Assembly: GCF_006345805.1 (NCBI RefSeq)
Contig: NC_043011.1
Location: 55,254,464-55,318,463, forward strand
Length of the DNA stretch: 64,000 nt
Source of the DNA: Octopus sinensis
Lineage: Eukaryota
Direction: 5' to 3'
Numbering within the stretch: the first letter of the stretch is position 1; every line of letters starts with the position of its first letter. The translations under genes were made by a program, and so were the position numbers. Below the pieces are notes generated by a model, which was not told the DNA's origin, did not search any database, and saw nothing but the letters and a program-made list of their open reading frames with translations. Below are positions 51,181 through 64,000 of this stretch, one piece after another.

Positions 51181-53209
51181 CTTTTTTTAAAAATATTTAT
51201 GTAGACTCGTTTTGATTGCGGGGCCACCTTTATAAAACCAGGATGGGTTAATGATTTCAAATATCTATCGTTTCCCACGTGCACACATACAAAGGGATGG
51301 CCAGGGTATTAGTTGTCATTATTGGCTGAGGGATCAGCAGTTCATTTTATTTCCAGCATTTTTGGGGGTTTCCATAATCTAGTCCCTCCCGACTGTAACC
51401 AGCGGAGACAAAACCATAAGGATTTTGTTACCTTGCAGTGTTGTCGTCAATCAATACTTGCCATAGATACAACTTGCAGTCAGGTGGCTCCTCCAGTTTT
51501 ATCTGTTCCAGATACACTACAGAAATATCCAGTATCTATTCTATGCTGCTTTGCCTGTATAATCCCTTCATGGCATGTTTATACTTTGGCTCTTATTTCA
51601 TTATATCTAGTCTTTAATTGATTTTAACTCAAGAAATTAATTTATGAGCAATAAAAAGTAATTTTTCTATGTAAATAATATTTCTACTTATAATATTGGT
51701 TCTATAATGATTATTATCTTCTTTCTCATTTCACAACAAGTTTATACATGTAAGGAAATATTTACGTTCAAATGTTAATCTCAAGTTCTGAAGCAACTTT
51801 TCCAAAACTTTTTTTTTTTTTTCATTGACATTTCGTTAAACTAACAGGATTAAAAAAAAAAAATAAAGGGAAATAAAGTTCAAATAAAATAACAGGTTTT
51901 CAGAAGGACAAACAAAAATAACGATGAAGCTGACCACAATGACAATATCGATGGTGTAGAGAGAGTAAGACATGTAACAATAATGACATCATTGCTAGCT
52001 GGACATTACTGTCGGGACAAATCAGAGCTAAAGAAATAATACGCATCTTATATAAACAAACCTAATTCAAAACCATTAAATTGCGTGTGTACAGGGGGAT
52101 CCTTTATGTCTTGTAATATGGAATTGTGTATCGACTAGAAAATTCTAGGGTTGTATTTAAGAAAATTATATCCAGAAAATCAAGTTAATTATTCATTTAC
52201 TCTTAGCGAGACTTTAAAAAAATTTTTCCAGCCCTACCTAATATTATTGTTTTGTCAACCTTATATTAAGGCAATGAAAGGGGGAAGAAAAGGTCCACCG
52301 AATTAACCGATGACAGTTGAATGATTTCTATTATTCCGAAATATATATTCTTTTAATATCACAAAAATGTCAAAAGATATCAAGATAATTAATAAACCAA
52401 TGCGTTTAGTTAATATGTGTTTAGTTCTGCCGTTGATTTTTAATAAATTATTTACGTTCTAAAATAATATTCGAAATATTTTTCTTTGTCAATCTACAAC
52501 TATGTCCCTGGAAATTCCAGTCGTCAACGCAGTATCATTCAATGACAAGCGACAAACAATAAACCGCGGTGGACTGCGACAGCTAAGAAACCTTTGATGA
52601 GAAAGAGAAAGCCGAGACAGCTGCTTAAAGATGGTCAACAATGAATGAACGAGTTTTTCCCACAGAAAGTGAAAGTGTTCAGAGAAAACCAAATGATTAT
52701 TGTGCGCAGGTGGATCGCAGCAGGCTTCACCTTAATTACAATATAATTACAATTGTAATAAATATATTATTATTATATTACGTCTGTACTTTAACAGGGA
52801 ATTAAAAAGAAAAGCTTATTTCACAAAAGATTTCGTTTCATAAATTTCACTGATTCAGTCTTCACACAATATTTTTTTTAGTTTAAACATTTCATAATTT
52901 TTCACACGACAGATATTTTAAATCTATTATTAATACATTTGGCAGACTCCCGACCCACTAAAAAGCAACACTGATATTTTAAAGCTGCTACAAATTATAC
53001 GATCATTACTATTATTACTATTATTATTATTACTATTATTATTATTATTATTATCTGCTAAAGACGAGTATATATATGAGTCCGGCATCGATTTTTCTGG
53101 TGGTCGGTGTTGCTAGCTGAGTAAGGCGGCCGGAAAAGTAAGACAACATCAACACAAATATATAATAAATTAGACGATGAGCTAAGAGGGGAAAAAATAG
53201 TTTTCTAAC

Positions 53210-53275
53210 CGTAACTAGCCCCCATCCAGTTGATTTCATCCTCTTTGAAGGAGAAGCCGGTGCCGGTCCTTCCAT
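53210..53275 (-). CDS. Candidate upstream coding exon adding 22 aa (MEGPAPASPSKRMKSTGWGLVT)
   Basis: ATG in GGAATGG context; phase-0 donor ACG|gttaga is in frame with exon 1, which must be spliced to an upstream exon. Confidence 0.4.
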
Positions 53276-53699
53276 TCCAACAGTTTTTATTTCAACTGTT
53301 AAGAACGGCGGTTCTAATAAATGGTGACAAGTGGAAGAGATGTTGCGATCGGACTTCAGAGGTCACACGAATCCATGACGTTCAAAAACAATCCATTCCA
53401 ATTTTTAGCACCAAATCATGAATGAATGAATGAATTAGTTAATAATAAATAATTAATATTATTATTATAATTATGATTATTATTGTTGTTGTTGTTATTA
53501 TTATTATTAACAACAGTCTTTGACAATCGAGGAGTTGACGACTCTCACTGCAGTGTTTGACTCTCAGGAGACATGGCTTTTTGTTTCTCGAATCCGCTTC
53601 CTTACTGCAACTGTTGTTGTTGTTGTTGTTGTTGCTGTTAATAAATACAAGCTTGACATCAACCTAGTGGGTTGCAGTAGCAGCTGCACTAATTTGCAA

Positions 53700-53771
53700 C
53701 AACAGCAGCTCCGGTAGCACTAGCACTAGTAGCAGCAGTAACTGTAATAGCAGTAGTAGTAGTAGTAGCAA

Positions 53772-53809
<38 letters not shown>

Positions 53810-53810
53810 A

Positions 53811-53901
<91 letters not shown>

Positions 53902-53950
53902 GGTGGTGGTGGTAGTAGTAGTAGTAGTAGCAGCAGCAGCAGTAGCAGCT
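53700..53950. repeat. (GTA)/(GTG)/(GCA) trinucleotide compound repeat
   Basis: Direct inspection. Confidence 0.95.
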
Positions 53951-54377
53951 GTTCCATCGTTTCTAAGTACATCTACCTTTTCGCAATCCAATAACGCATG
54001 TCTCCTCCTCTCCCCCCCTCCTCATCCTCCGCCAGTCCATTGTTACAGTCATCATCAGCATCCTTTCCACAAAACCCATAACAACACTCGATTCTTTTAT
54101 TCGGTTATATTTATGCAGTTGTACTGCAGCTTTTCGTGTGTGATGTGGTGGTGGCAATCACCAAACTTGTTGCGGCTGCGGTAAAAACAACTCGTTATTA
54201 ACGGCACAACATCTTCGACAAAGTGTTCATTTAACCCTGGGCTCACTGAAAGCGAACGTCAATGGGAAACCTTATTTGATAAAGTATTATGTCATTAATA
54301 CACACACACACACACACTAATGCTTTATGTTATACCATTAAATGGCTAAGAACTACACTTGTATATCAACCACTGTT

Positions 54378-54612
54378 TAAGGCGGCGAGCTGGCAGAAAT
54401 GTTAGCACGCCTGGCGAGATGCGTAGCTGTATTTCGTCTGTTGTTACGTTCTGAGTTCAAATCCCGCCGAGGTTGACTTTGCCTTTCATCCTTTCGGGGT
54501 CGATAAATAAAGTACCAGTTTCGCACTGGGGTCGATGTAATCGACTTAATCCGTTTGTCTGTCCTTGTTTGTCCTCTCTATGTTTAGCCCCTTGTGGGCA
54601 ATAAAGAAATAT
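54378..54612 (+). mobile_element. SINE family A
   Basis: 10-bp TSD aaccactgtt. Confidence 0.9.
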
Positions 54613-55237
54613 ATATATTAACCACTGTTATTCTAACAGATTACAAGACCATTCTTTTAATTATTGATTTTATTTTTATATTATTTTGAAATTTTAAATA
54701 AAAGAAAATACTACCAAATAAAATAAAATATGAGAATGTTAATGTTTGAAATTAGAATTTAAAAGGAGAGAGAAAATGTTTAGCTACTTCAAGACTAGAA
54801 CCAAGCCCATATTAAACAGATATAAATATATGAGATTATGGAAAGAATAAGATATTTCTTGTTGCTATATTGGCAACTCCACCTTCACTCTTATCAACAG
54901 AGAAAATCTCATTACAATGAGAAATAAGAATTAAATCTGGAAATATTTGTTACTAATTTTAGATAATTTTACACAAGGAAATAACTAACATATACTTTAT
55001 TTGGCTTCAAATTAAAAAGCCTGACTAATACTAACGAGATATTAAATATAAATTAGTATAATGTCTATACGTTTATATATTTTTGTTTTGCAAGATTTTT
55101 GATGTGAAATCGTGTGTTGAACAGATATTGTTGTATTTAGGAATGGTCATTTTGCCAGTTTAGCCAATAAAATGGCTGACCGTTAGTAAGGAGAGACACA
55201 CAAATAAGAAAGAAGAAAGCAAAGGACCACTGATGAG

Positions 55238-55568
55238 GTCACAACATCATAAGCGGGAAGTGTAACCTCTCGAAAGAGCTGTTCTTCACTCCTGCTCCGG
55301 AGCGTCGGCTGCGGGGTCATTCCGAAAAGCTCTACCTGCGACGATTTCATCTCAATCGAAGGAGAGGAGCTTTCTCCGTCCAGGTTTTGGATCCGTGGAA
55401 CAAGCTGCCAGACGAGATGGTGAAGATGCCGACGACCGCTTTGTTCAAAGCCTCCCTGGACCTCAAGTGGCCTGAACTCTTTACATGAACACCACCCTGT
55501 ACTTAACTCCATGTCCCCCTACATGGCCTTGCTATTTGCTTTTGAGCCAAATTAACTAACTAACTAAC
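55238..55568 (+). mobile_element. CR1-clade LINE 3' fragment, frame intact
   Basis: Plus-strand peptide HNIISGKCNLSKELFF...RLRGHSEKL...DPWNKLPDEMV...KWPELFT-stop and (TAAC)n tail; the listed minus ORF is its antisense. Confidence 0.85.
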
Positions 55569-56174
55569 AGGAGTGTGATGAAAGAACTCTGGCCGAAATA
55601 AGATTAAGATTAATGTAAAAAGTAAATAACGCTGAAGCAAACTAACACCAAATATATAGTGCGTGTGTGTTTTATTGGCTAAACTGGCAAAATAACCATT
55701 CCTAAATACAACAATATAATGTCTATAGTTGCCTATAAAATACTTTAAATTTTTTTATTCGGTTTGACTTGGACAAATCTGAATAAAAATCAAAAAAAAA
55801 AAACTGATCGATTTATAAAAGTTCCTTAATTCTGAATGTCTTCAGCTGTTCGCTGATTTCATTGCACTTTTATTCCGAACCATATTTGCAAGAAGTTGAC
55901 TGCAGCAACCAAGCCAAGGACGTAGATGCCAGGAATGGAATAAACGAAAATATTGAATGATTTAATATAATCGATAATTAACAAACAACATCAATATGAG
56001 ACCGTAAAAAATTACAAACAGTTGTAATGATTCCCTACACACACAATCATTAAAAACAAATTAAAGGTTTGATCATTTGACTGGGTTTGGAAAAAACAAA
56101 CTCAGTGGTATAAAAAAATAACAAAATCAAAGTGAAAAAAACAATAAAATAAATCAAATTAATGATTTGTATAT

Positions 56175-56296
56175 GAGAGAGAGAGAGAAAGAAAGAGAGG
56201 ATAGACAGATAGTTAGATAGAAATTGATAGATAGATAGATAGAAAGATAGATAGATAGATAGATCGATATAGAGATAGATAGATATAGAGAGAGAG

Positions 56297-56355
<59 letters not shown>

Positions 56356-56359
56356 AGAC

Positions 56360-56391
<32 letters not shown>

Positions 56392-56405
56392 GACAGACAG
56401 ACAGA
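56175..56405. repeat. (GATA)n/(GA)n microsatellite
   Basis: Direct inspection. Confidence 0.95.
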
Positions 56406-57115
56406 AAGTAAATGATTATACAAATCAGCTTATTTATAAATTTTCTTTATTACATTTCTCTGTTTTAGCATTTATCATATGTTACCAGTTTTTAGGAACG
56501 GACAGGAATAAAAGAAATGTAAGCCACTGTTGAAGAATTTGCTACAAAGTTTAACTTTGTAGTTTATAAATGTGTCTTTAGTTTCCTGATTCAAATGAAG
56601 CTTTTAGATAAATTTTAGATTTTGGAAATATCTAGTCAGAAAATACAGTCAGAAATGTATATCTTAATGGATTTATTTTTTCCCTGGTAACGTTACTAAT
56701 TCTCGTAACAGCAGAAACAAAATTTCCTTTTATCCAGTAAATGCTTTTTCATTGTTTAGAATTTATTGTTAGAATTTGTAGGTTGCCAAAATACTAACCA
56801 ATAGGTTCCGAGGTCCCTGCAGGAGGTATTTTATTTGATTGCCTAGCTGAAAATAGGTGCTAGTTACAAATTGGAAATATGCTTACGTTCAGACAAAGAT
56901 ATCAAGTCTTAGCCTAAGAAATAGTTTCAATTGAAAAAAAAAAAACAAAAAGACAACACCCAAAATTATTCAAACTTTTCTTCAATAACTTGACCTTAAC
57001 TTCTAAACTCAAGTTTACGAGCCAAAACTGTAGATTCTATATATCGTATTCTTCACACATAGAACTGGCAAAAAGCAAGAATAATTCTAAATTACATCAC
57101 CTTATATGTTAAATT

Positions 57116-57417
57116 GTGGAGGCGCAATGGCCCAGTGGTTAGGGGAGCGGACTCGCAGTCGTAGGATCGCGATTTCGAATCCCAGACCGGGCATTGTGAG
57201 TGTTTATTGAGCGTAAACACCTAAAGCTCCATGAGGCTCCGGCAGGGGGTAGTGGCAATCCCTGCTGTACTCTTTCACCACAAATTTCTCTCACTCTTTC
57301 TTCTGTTGACCTGCTCGCTTAGCCAGCGGGGTGGCGTCATTTGAAGCCTAAAAACAATGCAAAGTGCATTGTGACCAGCGATGTGTAATAACATCTGATA
57401 GCCTGGTTGGTCATGGG
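57116..57417 (+). mobile_element. SINE family C
   Basis: 12-bp TSD atatgttaaatt. Confidence 0.9.
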
Positions 57418-58198
57418 ATATGTTAAATTACTAATATCTATATGAAGCAAAATAAAGCCATTCTACACACCATTATTTTGCTGGAAAACCCATAAATTGG
57501 AGGAAAATAACTTTTAGTTTGGAAGCAAATTGCTCTTCCTCTATTCATTTTCTGCTAAAAGATGAAGTGATATTCTGAACACAGTTCCAATTAAAGTATT
57601 TTTATGAACAACTCAGCCCAAGGCAGCAATATTTACATGCAGTGAGTGGAAGAATGTTCAGTAAGCCATTACTGAAACACTTAATGACCCCCACTACTTT
57701 GTGGGTCATAGATTTATTCAAGCGGAACAAACTGGATTGGTGATAGTCCACAACAAAACAGGCTTCGGTTGTTGACTCAATTCCAAAATATGTTGAAATA
57801 CAAAACAAGGACACAAAACAAGCGAACCAAAACATCAATGAGTAAATAAATATTTATATCGCATTAAACAGTTGCAGATGACATGACAAGCCATCAGACC
57901 AGGTTGCTAGTCATTTAGTATCTACAAGTAGTGTCTAGGACATGTTCATTGGTATTCATCGGCTATCTAAGAATAGTCGCTTATAAATAGCCAGTTTCTT
58001 GGCAGATTAATAAATTTGTAAAAATTAAACTGAAAATAGTCATGGCCACAACAATAAATGACAACAAAATTTTGTATACATAATGATAAATTCAGTGTTT
58101 TAGAATACATTACATTAGAGTATTACAAAAATATTATTTATAATTATTGTTATAAAGATAATGATATTTCCTTAAAATTATTTAAATTCTTGTGTATA

Positions 58199-58580
58199 GA
58201 CGTAGGAGTGGCTGTGTGGTAAGTAGCTTGTTCCGGGTTCAGTCCCACTGCGTGGCACCTTGGGCAAGTGTCTTCTACTATAGCCTCGGGTCGACCAAAG
58301 CCTTGCGAGTGGATTTGGTAGACGGAAACTGAAAAAAGCCCGTCGTATATATGTATATATATATATGTGTGTATATGTTTGTGTGTCTGTGTTTGTCCCC
58401 ACCAACATCGCTTGACAACCGATGCTGGTGTGTTTACATCACCATAACTTAGTGGTTCAGCAAAAGCGACCAATAGAATAAGTACTAGGCTTACAAAGAA
58501 TAAGTCCTGGGTCGATTTGCTCGATTAAAGGCGGTGCTCCAGCATGGCCACAGTCAAATGACTGAAACAAGTAAAATAGT
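58199..58580 (+). mobile_element. SINE family B
   Basis: Matches the 34918 copy. Confidence 0.88.
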
Positions 58581-58992
58581 AGACCAGGGTGTTATTCAGT
58601 ACAGAACCCTTGACAATAAAATCAAAGTATCTATGGCTTTTAGAATACAATGCTGTATTTAGCCTCTGTCCTTCAGCATCTTTCTTCCTTTTCTCCATCA
58701 TTAATTATAGCAACATCAAAATAATAACGAATCCTTATCTTTCTCACAAGTAATTAAATGTTTCCAATTTTGTTTATAGAAACTGTGGTGGTCTCTTCTA
58801 GTTTAGTTATTTTCTTATTTGTTTTTTGCCAGAGGTTAAAAAAAAAAAGGGGGGGGTCATTTTACAGAGAAAGAAATAAAGACAGCCTTTTGAAATAAGT
58901 GACTTCACAAGAATCATTCTTGAAATCTAAATGGACACAGAACATCTATAAAGATGACAAATGTATATAATGATGATGTAATGACATCCTCA

Positions 58993-59270
58993 ACATTCAC
59001 TGGAGTGACTTCGTCACAAACATCGAAGTCTTGGAGCGGGCCGAGATCCCCAGCATTGAAGCCACACTACTGAAGTACCACCTCCGATGGGCAGGGCATG
59101 TCTCCAGAATGGAGAACCATCGCCTTCCAAAGATTGCCCTGTTTGGCAAACTCTCCACCGGCCACCAAGTGAGAGGAGTTCCGAGGAAGCGCTACAAAGA
59201 CTGCCTCAAGAAGTCTCTAACAGCCTTCCTGATCTTCGTTCGCGAAGCCGAGCCATGATGATGATGATGA
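58993..59270 (+). mobile_element. RTE/BovB-like LINE ORF2 C-terminal fragment
   Basis: WSDFVTNIEVLERAEIPSIE...LRWAGHVSRMENHRLPKIALFGKL...RKRYKDCLK; (TGA)n tail. Confidence 0.85.
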
Positions 59271-59271
59271 A

Positions 59272-59316
<45 letters not shown>

Positions 59317-59325
59317 TATATATAT

Positions 59326-59760
59326 AACTAGCAGAGATACCCGGTATTGCTTGGGATTGAAATGGTATAGTTTGTATATGTATATATTACAGTTATGTTG
59401 AAACAGGCGATAGGACAAAATTGATGACAAAACATTTGTGGAGTAAATAATGGGCTAATTTGACTAAGCAACATGCCATGCGTCCGTTTGGAGTATTCCA
59501 GGCCCTAACCTGTCATGGAAATTGGGAGTGGGGGTGGGGGGTATGCGAATTTTGAATGCACTGCAAAGCTGTTAGTGGATATACTCTCATTTGGGGCAGT
59601 CGGCGCTGTGTCTAACACGACCCATCGTCTGAAATTTTGACACCTCCTTCAGGGTTTGTTGCCCTACATCTCTCATAAAGTAAATTTGGAGGAACTGTGG
59701 TTGTTCATTTGTGGTTAACAGGGAACAAATCATGTGTGTGTGTGTGTGAACCAAATATTT
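59326..59760 (-). mobile_element. Possible Helitron-like element
   Basis: actag...cccggtattgcttggg resembles a reversed Helitron 3' end; other end unclear. Confidence 0.4.
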
Positions 59761-59837
59761 ATAAAAAAAAAAACTTTAAGAAAGAAAGAGAAGACAACCT
59801 AACAATACATATCAAATACTAAATTCTTTCTTATTTT

Positions 59838-60100
59838 ATCGCCTTACTGGCACCTGTGCCAGAGGCATGTATAAAAGATTCAAGCAAGGTCGTTGCCAGT
59901 ACCGCCTTACTGGTCCCGTGCCGGTGGCATGTAAAAGCACCCACTACACTTTCGGAGTGGTTGGCGTTAGGAAGGGCATCCAGCTGTAGAGACTACCAGA
60001 TCAAGATTGAAGCCTGGTGCAGCCATCTGGTTCGCCAGCCCTCAGTCAAAATCGTCCAACCCATGCTAGCATGGAAAGCGGACGTTAATCGATGATGATT
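59838..60100 (+). mobile_element. SINE-like family D
   Basis: Matches the family. Confidence 0.8.
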
Positions 60101-60727
60101 TTCTCTTTCAAACATAAAAAGAGGAAATGAAAGAAACTCATGCTCAAGACTCAGACTCAGAGATTCTTTATGTTCCGAGTTGGTGAAACATCAAAAACTG
60201 TTTGTTAAGATGTGTACAGATCAAGAGAAAGAAGCATTCGCTGTGGTCAGCCATCCAGGACCATGGATTTGTCCAATATGTGCAGGGTGTTGGCAATGAC
60301 AACTCCAGTAAGGTGTGATGAGAGACATTAGTGAATAGCTGAAGGTGACAGAGTCCACAGAGCCCAGGGACATTCAGTATGAAACCCTACATGATGAAAA
60401 TGGGGAAGTTACCTTGAGAACCATAACAGCCCACCACCACCACATCATGTGGCCTAAGCCTCATCAGTTTAAAACTCCCCCACTCTAGACTATGGGCCAT
60501 CATCAGATGGCACAAAGGCTGACCAACCAGTGACCACACAGTACCCGGGGATTTATTGGGGGCAACTTGGTCAAGGCCCACATGATCCTGGCACACAGTC
60601 ATTTCTGGGGCTGTCAGTAGGGCAGGTTTTTTTTTGGGGGGGGGGGTGCCATTAAACATGGGTTTGTTTGTTTTTTAATTTGATGTCTTTGATTTTCTTT
60701 GTATAGTGTTTTGTTCTCTGGTTTAGA

Positions 60728-61106
60728 AAGAGAGAGAGTGTGTTGTGTGTGTGTGAGAGAGAGAGTGTGTATGTGTGTGAGAGAGAGAGTGTGTGTGTGT
60801 GTGTGAGAGAGAGAGAGTGTGTGTGTGAGAGAGAGAGTGTGTGTGTGTGCGAGAGAGAGTGTGTGTGTGTGTGAGAGAGAGAGAGTGTGTGTGTGTGAGA
60901 GAGAGAGAGTGTGTGTGTGTGAGAGAGAGAGTGTGTGTGTGTGTGTGAGAGAGAGAGAGTGTGTGTGTGTGAGAGAGAGAGAGTGTGTGTGTGAGAGAGA
61001 GAGTGTGTGTGTGTGAGAGAGAGAGTGTGGTGTGTGTGAGAGAGAGAGAGTGTGTGTGTGTGTGAGAGAGAGTGTGTGTGTGAGAGAGAGAGTGTGTGTG
61101 TGAGAG

Positions 61107-61138
<32 letters not shown>

Positions 61139-61167
61139 AGTGTGTGTGTGTGAGAGAGAGTGTGTGT

Positions 61168-61201
<34 letters not shown>

Positions 61202-61205
61202 CAGA
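60728..61205. repeat. Alternating (GA)n(GT)n compound microsatellite
   Basis: Direct inspection. Confidence 0.95.
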
Positions 61206-62039
61206 GGTTTGTTTTCAATAGTTTAAAAGTTTACATTCAATATGAAGTAATTTTGAAATCTTTTCAACTTGATTATAGCCGTAGAAATAATATTTAACGA
61301 TATTCTGACGTTAATAGAGAGTCTATATAAAAACCACTTTAATTGGAAATTAAGACTAAATCTGTGATAACATATCAGATTATATACACAAAGCCAGAAA
61401 TGTGGAAAAAGATGGTAAGCCAAAGCTATGGAGGTCTATATTGAGAAAAGGACTATCACCATCGCTGTAATTTCTTCCTGGCACAAAATAAAATAACAGC
61501 ATCATATATAATTAAGAAGACAAAACTATGAAAATAAAATTATATCAAAGAAAAAAAATAAAGATTTCTGAAAGTGAAATGCTTGAAATAAAGGAACTCA
61601 CAGACAGGGGTTATGTTATGGCTCCAACGAAATAAAATACTTTCAGCAAAACTGATGAACAAAAAGACACACCAATTGTGTTCTATCCAACTCAGAAAAT
61701 GGCCACTTAACTAACAATTCCTCTTTATACAGGCAATTATCTCTTTAATAACAGGAAAATGACAATTTATTCGTCAGCTCAAATTAATTAACAGATAAAA
61801 GTAAACAAGGCACTGCCCAAAACAATAAACTCAACAGTTATTTTAGAGTTTCTCTAAAACAAGCATTTCAAAGAAATACTTTCAAGAAATATTACAAGAA
61901 GACAGTTTTTTATACCAACAGAAATCCAAAGAATATTAAAGAATAAGAAATATTTAATGGTTTTCAAGAGGGCATAGATTTCAAATCTATAAATAATACC
62001 AGTAGCTATTTTTTTCCCCATGCTTTCATATAGATGATA

Positions 62040-62610
62040 ATCATCATTTAACATCCGTTGTCCATGCTGGCATGGGTTGGACAGTTTGACCAAGGCTGCA
62101 CCAGACTCCAGTCTGATTTGGCAGGGTTTCTATGGCCAGATGCCCTTCCTAACGCCAACCACTCCTTGCGTGTAATGGGTGTTTTTACATGCCAATTGCA
62201 TGACACCAGTATCTGCAACAACTGCGATTTTGCTCAGCTTGGTGGGTCTTCTTCTCAAGCACGACATAATGCCAAAGATCTCAGTCATTGCCTCTTTGAG
62301 GCCCAACACTCAAAAGGTGCTTGTTACGTGCCATCGGCATCATCCACCTTGAGATCCAATGCGCAAAAGGTGCCTTTCACGTGCCAGTTACATAACGCCA
62401 GCATCAGCCACAACTATGATTTCATTTGGCTTGACAGGTTTTCTCAAGCACAGCATATCGCCAAAGGTCTCAGTCACAGGTCATTGTCTCTGTGAGGCCC
62501 AAAGTTCAAAGTTCATACTTCACCACCTCGTCCCATGTCTTCCTGGGTCTACCTCTATCACAGGTTCCCTCCACAGTTAGAGATCAGCACTTCTTTGCAC
62601 AGCTGTCCTG

Positions 62611-62612
<2 letters not shown>
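62040..62612 (-). mobile_element. RTE LINE 3' end carrying the family D tail
   Basis: Peptide RGRPRKTWDEVVK...DLWRYAVLEKT followed by the family D 3' sequence. Confidence 0.75.
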
Positions 62613-62643
<31 letters not shown>

Positions 62644-62644
62644 A

Positions 62645-63225
62645 AAGGTGACAGGCTGGCAGAAACGTTGGCATGCCGGGCGAAAAGCTTAGTGGTATTT
62701 CATCTGCAACTACATCCCGAGTTCAAATTCCGTCGAGGTCAACTCTGCCTTTCATCCTTTCAGGGTTGATTGAATAAGTACCAGTTATGCACTGGGGTCG
62801 ATATAATCGACTTAATCCGCTTGTCTGTCCTTGTTTGTCCTCTCTGTGTTTAGCCCCTTGTGGGTAGTAAAGAGATAAGTATTTCATCTGCCACTACATT
62901 CCGAGTTCAAATTCCACCAAGGTTCACTTGCCTTTCATCTTTTCGGGGTTGATAAAATAAGTACCAGTTGAACACTGGGGTCAATGTAATCGACTTGTCT
63001 CCTCCCCCAAAACTGCTGCCCTTGTGGCAAAATTTGAAACATGCAGGTTGAAATACCTAGCAGTATTTTGTGTCTTAATGTTCTGAGTTCAAATTCTGCC
63101 AAGGTCAACTTAGTTTTTCATCCTTTTAGGGTTGATAAAATAAATACCAGTTGAGTACTGGGGTAGATGTAATTGACTATCCCCCCTCTCCTGAAATTTC
63201 AGACCTTTTGCCTATAATAGAAAGG

Positions 63226-63235
<10 letters not shown>
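62645..63235 (+). mobile_element. Concatenated family A-related SINE bodies
   Basis: Three bodies; junction aaagagataa|gtatttcatctgcc at about 62878. Confidence 0.85.
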
Positions 63236-63264
<29 letters not shown>

Positions 63265-63704
63265 AGGTATGAGACGGAAGTTTAATGGTAGAGTCAGTTT
63301 GACTCATTAATTCATGACTACTTCTCTCAACCTAATTAACATAGTATTGAATAAATTAGTGGAATGTTGAATTGCTGTTGCTGCTGCTGCTACTACTGCT
63401 GCTTCATCCCTTTCTTCCGATTCCTAACAAACCCTGATCTTGAGGGATTGCAGTCTAATTAATAGTTTCGTTACCATTGCCAATTCCTCTATTATTAATA
63501 TTTCTACGCTTAAGGACAAAAATGACAACAGCAGTAAATTGCCCCAATAAAATGTCTTGCAGGATATATATAATATTACCCCATCAAATAGCAAAAAGTA
63601 TGCACCTGGGTTACACAGAGTTGTAGAACCAAACACATTTTCCGTTCAATGCTCTCAATTGGGCTCCCAGACATTTTACAGGAATTGGTGAGGTTTTGCT
63701 ATTT

Positions 63705-64000
63705 TTAGGAGTGGCTGTGTGGTAAGTAGTTTGTTTACCAACCACATGGTTCCGGGTTCAGTCCCACTGCGTGGCACCTTGGGCAAGTGTCTTCTACTAT
63801 AGCCTCAGGCTGACCAAAGCCTTGTGAGTGGATTTGGTAGACGGAAACTGAAAAGAAGCCCGTCGTATACATGTATATATGTATATATGCGTGTGTGTGT
63901 CTGTGTTTGTTCCCCTAGCATTGCTTGACAACCGATGCTGGTGTGTTTATGTCCCCGTTACTTAGCGGTTCGGCAAAAGAGACCGATAGAATAAGTATTG
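63705..64000 (+). mobile_element. SINE family B, cut by the window end
   Basis: Matches other copies. Confidence 0.85.

Larger units (their letters stand above)
52450..54300 (-). promoter_or_regulatory. Probable promoter / 5' UTR region of the coronin gene
   Basis: Non-repetitive and locally CpG-richer; Inr-like TTCAGT at 54245-54250; donor-like AAAAG|gtagat at 53977; inference only. Confidence 0.35.

Noticed and set aside
53963-54157. MMTVTMDWRR resembling the recalled CORO2B N-terminus
   Set aside because: Out of frame with exon 1 at the available donor (phase 1); treated as coincidence
60728-61205. Higher-order pattern in (GA)n(GT)n blocks
   Set aside because: Block lengths vary irregularly, consistent with slippage of a compound unit

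Overview
AT-rich, repeat-dense animal genomic DNA. The SINE/LINE landscape suggests an octopus or other coleoid cephalopod; this is inferred from repeat families I recognise, not from a search. One protein-coding gene spans the window on the minus strand: a class-II coronin (CORO2A/2B-like). I reconstructed 14 frame-consistent GT-AG exons by hand, from the ATG at 44919 to the stop at 6613, giving 696 aa: WD40 beta-propeller, linker, C-terminal coiled coil. The first exon(s) and promoter probably lie near 53.2-54.3 kb. The most interesting signal is the 20-kb region (about 10-29.5 kb) encoding the linker. It holds a tandemly duplicated exon pair with different exit phases, two 21-nt candidate microexons, a NAGNAG exon, an in-frame 48-nt exitron-like segment, a candidate alternative last exon and a cassette broken by one extra A. 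RBFOX (TGCATG) and NOVA-type (YCAY) motif clusters sit among them. Together these suggest a phase-gated combinatorial splicing system, but all alternative exons are predictions needing RNA-seq. The rest is transposon debris (four SINE families, RTE, CR1 and R4/Dong LINE fragments, a piggyBac with MITEs, Helitron-like elements), microsatellites and a 32-bp minisatellite. No CRISPR, rRNA or true tRNA genes were found.
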